Shown: piece by piece, positions 52,515-64,000 of the stretch
Layout: each line of letters begins with the position of its first letter
Position numbering within the stretch: the first letter of the stretch is position 1
Source of the DNA: Trichosphaerium sp. ATCC 40318
Lineage: Eukaryota > Protista > Tubulinea
Length of the DNA stretch: 64,000 nucleotides
Reading direction: 5' to 3'
Assembly: GCA_038496445.1 (NCBI GenBank)
Contig: JALMLS010000281.1
Coordinates: forward strand, 115,610 to 179,609
Program-made: the position numbers and the translations under genes
Notes under the pieces: generated by a model
The model's database searches: none
What the model was told of the DNA's origin: nothing
Seen by the model: only the letters and a program-made list of their open reading frames with translations

Positions 52515-54755
52515 ATGGCAGCACCAGTTATCATTTCTAATGTTCCAGCTACGAGATACAAATATAAACTAGCAGATATACACGTGTTGCGTATAGCTGT
52601 ATGCGAAGCAGTTGATTTTTGTGTTGAAAATAACGTTTACATTTCTTTCGCTTATAAAACGGAAACAACTAAGACTACATGTACAACCAGTTTAATTTAG
52701 AGCACGTGCTCAGCGATAAGTAGGTGTAAACCTTAAAAAGTGCTCTTTCTACCAACGATTGCATCTGTTCATAGATGAGGAGCCTTTGGATCCGTTAACA
52801 ATTAAAATCAAGACAAAAGGATTAATAACGAATAAAGAGGTACGAGAGTTGGTACAGCACTAATAATATTACTGTAGATAGCGTCTCACTTGTTTTCTGA
52901 GTTATCAAATGTCAAATCAGAAGGGAAAAGGTATGTTCCCTCTTTTGGTTTTTTGTTAGATTCTTTGACGCCTTGTAGAGATGTTTGGATAGATTTTGCA
53001 GATGCTGGTTATCCTAAAATGAAACTGCATTTTAGTCTATCGATTGGTTTGGAAGCCATACCTCTGCACGTGCTCAAAAAATCTAAAAGGTGAGAATATA
53101 TAATCTGACGCTTTCACTTTGATTTTCTATTTTGCCGTCGAGCATAATTAATCACGTGCACAGCTAGAATTTTTACTTTACTTTTAGAGCGCTTCCTGCT
53201 TTAAATATATGTTTACCTCTGAAAACATACCATACAGACTCAAAGATAAGCGGTGTAGTGCAGTTTTCAACGCCGTACCCAATTACACCTGCGATAGGTC
53301 TTCATGTATTTTTAACTGGAATGGTAAGCATACTATAATTTTTTTTCTGGTGTTACAACTAATTTGCCTTGAAGGAAAATGTGTATTGGACAAGACAACA
53401 CGATAAAATGACTGCCATTTTCAGAGGAACACGCGTTTTTTTGAACGAGGTCAAGTGCTTGGCAACAAACGTAGGAAAATTTTTGAGCGGTATAAAAATA
53501 CTAACAATGCATAGACAATTCCGGCTGGTCATCACGAGTATCCATTTACTTTGTTGCTCCCAAAAGGGCTTCCTTCATCATTCTTGAAATCAACAGGTGA
53601 TATGGGAAACATTCTGTACCAAGTAGGCCTTAACTATAATCCTTTAAGCTGATCGTTTTAGGTTCGTGCCAACATTCAGAAAAAGCCAAAGTTCAACAAA
53701 ATAATACAAGAGCCAGCTCATCCTGATATCTGTAATGGTACCTACGAAACTTCCAATTTCCTAATGAATAATGTTTCCCAAGCTGCAACTATCAGCGTTG
53801 CACAACAGATGGATGAAGCAGACTACCCAGATGTCCTAAATCTTAGACATTCTAAAACAGGAATTGTGTTTTCTATAAAGTATGAGAACGCCGTTCATTA
53901 CATTGACGACCCACATCTCCTCAAATTTACACTTGTACAAAATAGACACGCCATCAAATACTAATAATCTCATCATAGACGATAAACAACGTGACTTCAA
54001 CAGACCTTCAAGTCAATGTCGTTAAGTTAAAGATGAAACAAGTATTCACTTCGCAGCAGGGAAACAAAACAATTTTTAGGCACACCCTGTTCCAAGTAAA
54101 GGACATACCGAGTGTACTTGCTGGTGAAACTGAATCTACTGTTTATGCTATGCATTTCAAGATAGCAAAGAACTGGTTCTGGCCAACTGCAAGAAAATTG
54201 CAGCACATCGAGAGGGAGTACCTAATTCGCATTAAGTGTGTTAGCGGAGGTGCGATAACCACAAAAAAAATTTTAATGTTTTTACTTCTTTTTTAGCAAA
54301 GAACGTCAACGTGGCTTTCCCTTTTCACGTTTGTGGCCACCCACGTGCGCAGCAGCTGAAAGAAAATAAGAAACGTGAATTTGATGTTGAAGCTATTGAG
54401 GAAGATTCAGAAAGTTCGGGAAGTGATTACAGCATCGTGTCACTGGAAGGGTACGGGTTTTTCTGTTGTTACTCTGCTTGTGCTTATATCAACATGTAGT
54501 AATCGAATCAAAGAATTGGAATCTGTTACAGCTTCATTACCTAGTAATTCAAGAATCTTTTCTAACAACGAAGAGAAGTCTGATAGCAGTTCAGAGGAGC
54601 ATGTTTCAACAGACGAAAAAAATGAAAAAAATGATATTGATGCTGAAGCAAACAAACGTGTTGTTACAGTTGAAAAGCATGTTAATATTCAATGCTCCGA
54701 CTTACTAGGTTTTAAAAATCCGTTCTTTAAAGATTATCCTTTGTATATTCAATAA
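52515..54755 (+). CDS. Arrestin-domain protein with a probable N-terminal C2-like domain; multi-exon, start uncertain
   Basis: IPAGHHEYPFTLLLPKGLPSSF...GNILYQVRANI (Arrestin_N); WPTARKLQHIEREYLIRIK (Arrestin_C); N-terminal beta-rich VLRIAVCEA..VYISFAY..TTKT. Confidence 0.7.
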
Positions 54756-55143
54756 AATACTGAAGCTCAGATGATGTTAAATTATCTTTGTTTATTAGTA
54801 AAGTGTTAAAAGTAAACAAGCACAAACCCTATCATGATCTCCTCATCATTTCTGTACGGAATGTTGATAACGTTAATACTCTCGCCATTAACTCTCTTCT
54901 TAGCCTTTATCTTCTTCAAGAGAGTTTCCGCGTTGATGTGGTTCTGTGCTGTTTTTTGAAATCTCATAAATTCTATGAGAGACTTTTTGTCGCTTGAATG
55001 ATGTACTTTCAAATAGAGTTGATACTACACGATGCGTATCAACAATTCAGTGAGTAACGATTTAGTTTGATAAATAAGTCAGAGAAGACGTTTGTTGACC
55101 GTTATTTCTCCGAGAGAGTTCTTATTTGAAGTCTTTGCTTAGG

Positions 55144-57570
55144 ATGGAAAAGCACCACAGTACGTTGTTATAGCGCCCACTTTGTTTAATACCGTGCAGA
55201 CTCCAGTTGGGAGGATATTTACACTAACTTATTCGAAACGCTTCCAACACGTTGTTTTAATACGATCCTATCTCACTTACCTCCAAAAAGCCTCATTTAC
55301 TTCTCTTCGTTGTCAACACTATGCAAACAACGTGTAGACGATAATTTCGAATGGCAAGAGTACTTGAAGAACCAAGTAGAGGATCTACAGCGCCTTTCAA
55401 GAGAAAAGCGAGTTCCTCTCCCTTTTGTACCAAAAACTATCCACAGCCAAAACGAACTCGCTCTATTTGCTCACAGCAAGAGCTATATAAACCATTGGAG
55501 TGAAGCAAGTAAATTCCTGGAACATACGTTAGCCTGCCAAGATATATTTTCAAGCTGTTCAACTACTCCAGAGCGTTGGTTAAACTTGGGGCTTCAACAG
55601 CTTGTAACTCAAGTGAAAGCTAAAAGTACACTTCCTGGATTCTTTGCATATGCACGTGACATTACTGTAACTGTCTTATCTATGTAAGTCTGTCAATATA
55701 CACAACACTGTTGGTGCCAATTAAACGAAATAGGATACTATTCCGGGCTTTGGAACATCAACAACCAACTGACCAACAGAGTTTAGTTATTCAAGATTCA
55801 TCTGTTGTAGCTGCATACAAACAACTTGTACAAGAATCTCCAGCATCATTTCCTGAAGCAGGTGTTACCTTAGAACCCACCAACTACTTCCAGTCTGAAG
55901 TAACTAGGGTGAGTGTCCTCAAAGAAAAGAGCATCAATATCAAAGAATATAATTCTCTTAGAAAATCAATTGTGCGTTGTTGACAACAAGCCCTTGCCCG
56001 AGCTGACAAATTCCTTTAGAAACAGAAACATAGTATCAAAGAATTTCATTTGCTGGCGCTTTTATCCTATGTTAGTAATCTGGGCTACAAAATCTCTTTG
56101 AATGCGTTAAAGCTTTGCAACACCCTGACTTGTAATGCTATTCTCAATATCTTTAAACTGGCTCACAGTGTTGCTGAAAGTAACGGATCAAGGCACTTAA
56201 GTAAAGGTAATCTCGAATTTGTTTGGGTAGTAATGCAAGGTCACAAACGGGGCAATCCCAGAAATAGCATTGTTAAATTCAAACCAAACATTGAGCTACA
56301 GAAGCAACGACTAATGTATGTTCTAGATTGTAACCTACAGTGCCTACTAATGATGTTTTAGGATAGGCGACGTTGATGTAAAAGAGAAATGTTTGACAGG
56401 AGGAGATGTTGCATTTTATGATGTCACTTTTGTTGTCTTTTACAATACAGATCCTGTACTTACACTTAGAGGGTCAAAGTGCTTACTGAGTAAAAACTGC
56501 GAGTACGTTGCTCTAAAAAAAGTAAAGCTGACTTTGGCCAGATACTTAAAAAATCAGTTCACAAAGTTTAAGAATGATGATAGTACTTATCAGCTTGTAC
56601 TACTTGAAGGCGAAACACAAGATTCTCTTCTGTTAGTTCTTGAGTATCTATCTACATCCTCCCTTGAAGACATACTTAAAATCACTTCAGTGGAGACAAT
56701 CATAGGTGTACTCATTAGATTAGGCCATGTACGAACATTGCCAAGTAAAACCTTTCCTCTGACTTTTACAGTTTGTTAAAGAAGATGCACAAGAACAAGT
56801 CTTTCTTGGTTGTAAATTTGATATTTCTGATTCAGTGGCGTTGTGTAATTACCTGCTACCCTCGGTTATAGCTAGAAAATCTGTTTCTGATCGTATTGTA
56901 AAGCTGATAGGCTCTAAGAAAAAATTAATATCAGTGACTGACGGACCTATGAAACTTCCTAGAAGTGTATTTATGCTCATTGCAAAAAAAGTTCATCTAC
57001 AATCCTGTGACTTGTGGCTCATTGCTCGTGCGTATTTTGTTCTAACAGAAATCACTTATGAAAGCTACTAATAGATGCCTCATCGCTGCCTGATTTGGCA
57101 CGTGAATATGCACCGAAGCTTCCACACTTCTTTGCACGATACTTGCTGACATGTTACAAACCTGAAGACTTTTACTGGCACGAAAGATGGGGTAATATTG
57201 TATCAATAGACACCTTACGTTCTGAATCTCACTTGCACGCTATGTCATGTGCTTGTGGTATTGAAACTGTTGAACAGTGCTATGAGATTGGGGGTGGTGG
57301 TGAAATTTACGTTGAAGGGTTTATACTGTGCGTCTTTCAGTTCATTACAGTTGTGATACTAACGTGCCAAACAGAAGATACAGCACAATCCGAAATTTTC
57401 TGACTTTCACAAAAGAGCTAGCATCTAGGAAGGTGCTTTTTGATGTCCTGTACAGGTTTCAGCATGACAGAAAATATGTAAGTATGTTATCAGGTAATAA
57501 ATCTTATGGTGGTTTCAGTAGAACTCTATACATAAAGCCGTACGTAACATTGTGTCTATTTTAAGCTAAG
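55144..57570 (+). CDS. F-box + tandem H4-like/H3-like histone folds + BTB/POZ protein; multi-exon
   Basis: MEKHH|N...FETLPTRCFNTILSHLPPKSLIYFSSLSTLCKQRVDDNFEW (F-box); two helix-loop-helix-loop-helix segments that align to H4 and H3; YDVTFVV...LRGSKCLLSKNCE|YLKNQF...LVLEYLST (BTB). Junctions through the BTB domain checked as frame-consistent. Confidence 0.7.
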
Positions 57571-58063
57571 TTAACTTTTAACATGTATTGAACATAAATA
57601 AGTCGCTGACACATTTAGTGTTCCATCACAAATGACGAATGAATAGAACAGAAAACCATAGATTTAGTTACAAAAACAAAATAAATTATTACATGGCAAC
57701 AAAGCACTTTTTTTTACAATGTCTTCTACTTCTAGCTACGTTCTTCAATTTCTCCACCATATCCTGTGGATGCTTTTTGTGATTTGGGTACTTTAAATTG
57801 ATGTATTGTCAAGAATCAAGCGAAGACTCACCGTAAAAGAGTTATCTAAAAGTTGTTTATTGTGCTTCCCACAAGTTGCCTCTTCACGTTTTCATACTTA
57901 CTTGAAGGGTATTCCCTACTACTATGAGAGGTCTTTGTCGAAATAGAGCAGTCAATCTGGGTCGTATTACGTGATAGCTAAAAAACAGGGTAGGATTCGA
58001 GCTAAGCTGGTTCTAGCCCTCTCAATATAACTGTATCAAACAGTAAATACTGAACAAAACTAA

Positions 58064-59888
58064 ATGAACTCAAACAGCGCATTCTTTGATGAGATACCTA
58101 TTGAGATTATTGTACACGTGTTACAATTCCCTTCTTATTATTGTATACGTTCAGTAGCCCATACATGCACAAATTTAGCTATTATAACTACACAATACTT
58201 TGGATACAGGAGAAAAATCTTCATTAGAAAGAAAAAACAGCTGAAGAAATTATACAAGAAAGCGCCACATGTTTTTAAGAATTCTTCGAATATCCCATGC
58301 GCAGACACTGTTTATGGTGAAAGTACACAAAATTTTTTGACCTATATTTTTCCATCTCTTCAAGCTAAATAGCACAATATCATACCATTTTATCACCAAT
58401 ATACAATACTATCTATACACAAACCAAAAGTTTATACAATTGATTGGGTGGTGCGGCAGAGCATTGTCAAAAAAGTCAATTTTTACTTTTTGACACAAAA
58501 TTACTTTTATAGTTCAAAGACGGTATACTCATATTTTTCAAAATCTATTATTGACGTAAGTGCTAAAAGGTTTTAGTGGTACATGTAAAAACTAAACAAA
58601 GAGTTTTATTAATATACGTAGCAGCATTTTACAATTATTTTACAGGCCTAAAAGTGATTTTGACACTCAAATTCCTCCCTTACTCCTACAGTTATTTCAA
58701 TAATTAAACAACCGCATATAGTACTAACACATCTTAAGAACCTACTATTGGATTTACACTTTTACACAGTTGAGCAGGCCGGAAAAAATGAACACAAAAG
58801 TGGCTTTTTTACCATTTTGAAACAGCCTCGTGAACAGATGATTAATAATTTTTTTAGTTCTTTAATGTTTAAAGACGGGTGCAAAGGGCTTTTAAATCAC
58901 ATATAGTGTGAAGGGAAAGAGTTATGTTTTAGATGGTCCACAGTGTGCATGCAAAGTTGACACATCAAAAATTTTAACTTTGCAAAAAAACGCTCTAGCT
59001 TGCAACCCACCATTTTGATTACCCCTTAATATTCACACATATAGTAGTATAGATGTTATATTTGTAGCTAACTTTATGGCCTGTTTAAGTAAATATGCAT
59101 GTAAATATGGTGTCCCTTCACCAGAAAAAGTGTGTCCCTTCACGGGATATGATAATTCTTGGGTTTATGCTGAAACAAAAGCACTTTAAGTATCTAAATG
59201 GTGTTCGTTCTTTGAAGATAGAGAACGTAAACAATAAATATTTTGGTAGCGGTTTGGACAAAAAAGTTAATTTTGAAAAGTTAGAAGGTATTGATACTAT
59301 TGACTTTACTGATTGTTATTCGGTTACTGATGAACACCTTAAACAACTCGCTGGAATACATAAAATCATTTTAAATGGCGCAGCTGTTACAGATGAAGGT
59401 ATTCAAGCTCTGGCTGGTATTCATACTATCTATTTGAATAGATTGGACATTACAAACAAAGGTATTAAGGCGTTGGTTGGCGTTCATGAAATAGATATAA
59501 GTCATTGTACATGTATAACGGATGAAGGAATTAAATCATTGGCTAGTGTCCATACTATAAGTTAAGCTATTGTAAACATGTTACAGATGAGGGAATTAAA
59601 GCATTGTGTGACGTTCACACCATCTGTCTCGATGGATCAGTAGTTACAAATACAGGCATTAAAGCATTGGCTAGTGTTCATTGGGTTGGACTCAATTTTT
59701 GCTTAAGGGTCTCAGATGATGGTATAAAGGCGTTGACAGGAGTTCACACTATTTCTTTAAGCCGTTGTCACTTTGTTACAGATGAAGCTATTAAAGCGTT
59801 AGGTGGTGTTCATACTATTTTGGTAAAACGCTGTGGAGGGATTACAATTGATTATATAAAATCTTTAAACAATGTGGTTGAATTGTAG
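58064..59888 (+). pseudogene. Intronless F-box + LRR gene disrupted by an 853-bp insertion and a 1-nt frameshift
   Basis: FDEIPIEIIVHVLQF F-box; repeats of about 22 aa (GIHTI.L..C..ITDEGIKAL). At about 59563 AGTTAAGC reads as AGT TTA AGC missing one T. Confidence 0.85.
58294..59146. mobile_element. Non-autonomous TIR DNA transposon (MITE), CCC...GGG ends, ATAT target-site duplication (Sola1- or piggyBac/Pokey-like)
   Basis: ATAT at 58290-58293 and 59147-59150. Left end CCCATGCGCAGACACTGTTTATGGTGAAAGTACAC versus reverse complement of the right end CCCGTGAAGGGACACACTTTTTCTGGTGAAGGGACAC. Excision restores the host frame. Confidence 0.85.
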
Positions 59889-60988
59889 TGGTGAAAATAA
59901 CATGGTCATTTCTTTACGTAATTTGCTGTTAACAATAACCTGTCAAACCACCTTTCATGCATGTAAGTTGATTGCTTGTTTTTAATGCTGTCTACTGTCT
60001 GGAATTCTGGAACGTTCCAGAAATCTGTGCATCTCCTAGCTGAGATTGATATCCAACTATAAAACAAAAAAACAGTAATTTCTCTGGACCCTCCAACCCT
60101 TTCTACAATCATTGTTCAAGCACAAACTGACTCTCCAACAAAACCTGTACAACAAACATGTAGTCAACTCAGATGCTTCGTACTTTCACAAAACTCATGT
60201 ATCTTTGCTTTAAATTGTGTTAGCCGTGTTTGCTCAAACTTCTGTTTCAACTCCAGAATGTTAGTTAGAACCATTATCTGCAGGTTCGTTCTGGGAACAA
60301 GTTTAGAACCTGTAATCACTGGAAATAAACCACCTTTATTGATTGCATCATATACGCTAAACGTTCTAATAAAGCTGTTCACTCCTCAAGGCTTACGTGT
60401 TGTACCTCCAACGAGGATACGTTGTAATTAACTTATTGACATTGCACAAAAAAAAAAGTAGCCTTCGCGTAATTGTCCTTCTCTGTGTTCTATTCCTCCA
60501 CTGGTAGCAAGGTCAATGAACTTTTAGCGAAGTTATTTATAGATGACAAGTCATATTAGGCTTAAGGTTGATCATAAATAGCAAACTCCTAAGCAAATCG
60601 TGTTATCGTAGTGTACCAAACTTTCATTCCATTGACACCGATTGGTTGATAGTAGAAATACCAGCTAGGGGTAATACTGAATTACCTTTCTCCGGCCCAA
60701 CTGGTTCGCTCTTAAGTTGTGAATACAATACTAACGTGTAGGTCTTACACTGGTACACCTGCTTAAAATACCATTTTTTTCATGCTTTTTTTTAAGGTAG
60801 TACCGCTTGAAACCCACGTGATAACGCATCATATTTTCTTACGCTGTTTAAGGATACCATGCTTCAACACATGTCCAAAAAACCTCTTTTTAAGTGATCT
60901 TTTTTATGAGATCTCAAGAATTTGTTTATTATTAGTTGTAACGCACAAAATACCCTCCTTGACCTCCCTTACTATATATTCTTCTACC

Positions 60989-63900
60989 ATGGCCTTCAGG
61001 GGAACTACCGGCGCAATGTCGGACCCTGAAACGCGAATGGATCGCATGACGAAAACACTCAGGCAGAAATTAATTGAAGTAGGGTTTTCTGAGATCGAAG
61101 TGCGGAAAGCACTTGTGGTAAGTATATAAAGATGCTCTAGGACAATCTCGGGGTTTTGGTGAAAAAAACCAAATTACAAAAAACAAGTTGTGCTCAAACA
61201 CACGAAATTTCAGTACTAAAAACGTGATTAGTCACATGGTGGTGACATAACGAAAGCTACAAAATTTTTAATGGCACAAAGAACAAGAAGGAACAGCCAT
61301 AGCACTCCACCAAAGCCTAGACCGCGACCTGGAGTATCTCACCTTGTGAAAGAGCCAATTAAAACTAATAATCGGCCTGGTACACCAACAGTTGGTGCTC
61401 GAAGACCTCCAGCTGTACCACCGCGTAGAATACCTTCGCTTGTACAACAAAGAAGCGCACCAGTGATTAAAAGAAGCAAACCTGCATTCCAAAGAGAAAC
61501 CAGGCGTAGTTCACCGCTTAACGATACGCCAATACGAGTGGTAGCATCAAGACCACCAAGGACTGCTCCACCACCTCGTATGCCTCCATCCACGGTGGCA
61601 GATGATGCTACAACTACACCTGTTGTAAGTAAGGCAATCCTGGATCTAGTTGGAAACCAACTCAACAAAGACTTAGACGAGATCCAGAAGCGTCTGAATC
61701 TGGTGAAGGAAAGGAGACGTTCTTGCAAAAGCCTGCAGGCACGTGATTTTTTTCTTGTTTTTTTTTTCGCTGATTTGTTGTGTTTCTCAGAGCTTCCAGA
61801 GCCTCCTTCTAGCCCAGTGGAGGAACGAAAAAATCTACGTAAACAAATTTTCACTCAAGGATCTGCCAGCGCACCAGAGAAAGTAAGGAGAAGTTCGTCG
61901 GCTACTGGAAAACGAAGAAAAAGAAAAGGTTCTCGAAAAGATAAGCGTAACTTCTCGCTCTTTACAAAAAAGAAACGAAGTGCTACGAAGCATAGAAAAA
62001 GCAGAGCAGCAACAATAGATATAGATGAGGTTTCTCCCCGACAACAGCGACCAACGAGGAGTAAGCCAAATGGAAGAAGTTCTGGAGGTACAACTTTTTT
62101 CCCAAAATAGATACAACTTATCAATGTGAAGCTGGTATTCATACTGCCCTTATTAGATACTATGACAAAAGATACTTTACGTTTAGTTACAAAGGGACTC
62201 GGTAGAAACCTAAGAGACGCAAATGACAAGATTGCAGAGCTTCGAAGGACTGTAAAAGAGATGGAAGACAAAATAAAAACTCTTGAAAAAGAAAACCGAA
62301 GTTTGAAGTATCAGGTACGTATAGATTAAACCACGTGGATTATCACGTGATTTAGAATATATTTTCTAATTAATTGTTTCATAATGTAGTTCACTAATCA
62401 AAAGCAAAAATCAAAATCAGAGCAACAAATGAAGACATGGTTTCTTGAATATAATGAAGTAAAAATAGAGAATATTCTTGGGTCTGGTGGGTATGGTGTT
62501 GTTTGTGAAGCAACATGGAGAGGAGCTAAAGTAAGTTTATTTATATTTAAATTTCAATCGTCACGTGACTTTTTAATTTTTGATATTTTGCATTCAAGGT
62601 AGCTATGAAGCAACTTAAACTAGGCGGAATAAACCAAAAAGAGTTATTGGAATTTTATGCCGAAGCCAAAAAATTATCTGGAATAAGGCCTCATCCAAAT
62701 ATAACTACTGTAAGTCGATTCTCCAATATTTATACTTGCGTTAAGTTATATAGTTTTTGGGTATTACAAAACAACCTCTTTGTGTTGTCATGGAACTTAT
62801 TCGAGGCGGAGATTTATTTTCAAAACTTCATGATAAAAAATTCACTTTGCATCCAAAGATTACATTAAGGGTACACTTCTAACCACACATTATATTAACT
62901 TCTTCACATCATTGATTTATTTTTATAGATAATGCGTGGCGCTGCAGCTGGTTTATTACACTTGCATACTGAAGGTACGTGAGAATTTAATTACTTTTAA
63001 TTTTCTGACATCGTTTTAGGCGTTGTACACAGAGACGTACTAGTTTGATGTGATTTATTGTCTTAACCAATTAATTTTTAATTAGATTGCTGCAAGGAAT
63101 ATTTTATTGACACGTGATTACCAAGTTAAAATAACAGGTACATGAACTATTTTTTCAACAAATAAAAAAAAAGGCTAAGATTTTTTGCATAGACTTTGGC
63201 TATGCACGAATAATAGGCGTGCGGGAGCAGAGTGCTACAAAAGTAAGAGTTTGTTCAGTTTTTCTTTTGTTCTAAACATGTACTTAGCAATCTGTTGGTC
63301 CATGTAGATGGATGGCACCTGAGGTACGCTCAACAGTGTTCAAATATTTTCTGATTCGTTTTTACTAGACAATAATGCCTCAAAAAGATGGCAAGCGTAT
63401 TTATAGTAGAAAAAGCGACATATGGATGTACGACATCATAAGATCCATACGGGCATTTTATTCTTATTTGTACCCTTAGGTTTGGTGTATTATTATGGGA
63501 GATGTTCTACCGTCACAAACCTTATTACTGGATAAAAGCGTAAGTATTCTGTAGTTTGCTACTCTCAAACTGTTGATGTGGGTTGTCTCGTTATTAGTTG
63601 AGCCAATGAGAATGCAGAGTCAATATTCTAAGATAGATATCACGTGCTCGCTAAGTCTTACAGCTGTTTAGTGAGTCGAGTATTCCTGTTGAAGTATTCC
63701 ATCGTACCCTACAGTTACCGCTTCCAGGATCTATGCCAGAAGTTTCAAGGATGCTGTCAGCATGTTTAAACTATAATGCAGAGTATAGGCCAACGATAGA
63801 AAACTGTACGACTCATAAACGTTTGTTTTGTATACAAACCTGTTGACACGTTTTTTAGTGCTTGAAAATATTTCATGTTTACATGAAGAACACCTTCGTA

Positions 63901-64000
63901 CAATACCTCCAGGAGGCATAGGTCGTATGTTTGAATCTATAGACTAAATACTTGTGTTGGCACCAAAAGAGACGATTTTTAACCAAGTCTCACGGTCACA
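60989..64000 (+). CDS. UBA + Pro/Arg-rich linker + coiled coil + TKL/tyrosine-kinase-like protein kinase; multi-exon, 3' end unresolved near the window edge
   Basis: LIEVGFSEIEVRKALV|SHGGDITKATKFL (UBA); LGSGGYGVV, VAMK, HPNI, HRD|IAARNIL, DFG, GPCRWMAPE, SDIWMFGVLLWEM. Confidence 0.9.

Noticed and set aside
57975-58025. tRNA/SINE-like GCTCGAATCC followed by a T-run on the minus strand
   Set aside because: No cloverleaf, acceptor stem or A-box can be built.
59906-60500. Short minus-strand ORFs between the LRR and kinase genes
   Set aside because: No family motif and no frame-consistent splicing found.
61739-61790. Third candidate GC-AG intron (GCACGT donor)
   Set aside because: Donor and nearest CAG acceptor are out of phase, so the junction cannot be resolved from sequence alone.
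61339-62271. Long antisense ORFs opposite the kinase linker (and similar antisense ORFs elsewhere, e.g. 43415-43813)
   Set aside because: Explained as shadows of GC-richer or low-complexity sense coding sequence.

Overview
This is AT-rich eukaryotic DNA in the standard genetic code. Genes are densely packed and split by many short introns (mostly about 40-60 nt, GT-AG, with GTACGT/GTAAGT/GTATGT donors and CTAAC-like branch points), so the ORF track shows only exon fragments. The domain architectures (DH-PH-RhoGAP, C2-arrestin, UBA-TKL kinase, VWA) suggest an amoeboid protist such as an amoebozoan; this is an inference. I spliced about 25 genes and pseudogenes by hand. Main observations: (1) an intron-rich in-frame fusion of a bacterial-type LeuB/tartrate-dehydrogenase-family enzyme with a D-apiose-dehydrogenase-like Gfo/Idh/MocA oxidoreductase; (2) a group of F-box proteins with unusual cargo, namely a catalytically dead PPP phosphatase, an H4-like/H3-like histone-fold doublet plus BTB, MORN2 repeats (two copies) and LRRs; (3) an HEH/SAP-coiled coil-PD-(D/E)xK nuclease-kinase gene of the Crinkler/CR-effector type, with decayed local copies; (4) an 853-bp TIR element with an ATAT target duplication whose removal restores an F-box/LRR reading frame, and a separate 4-kb insertion splitting a duplicated gene; (5) about 8-fold enrichment of CACGTG. 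Exon boundaries were read by eye and no database searches were run.
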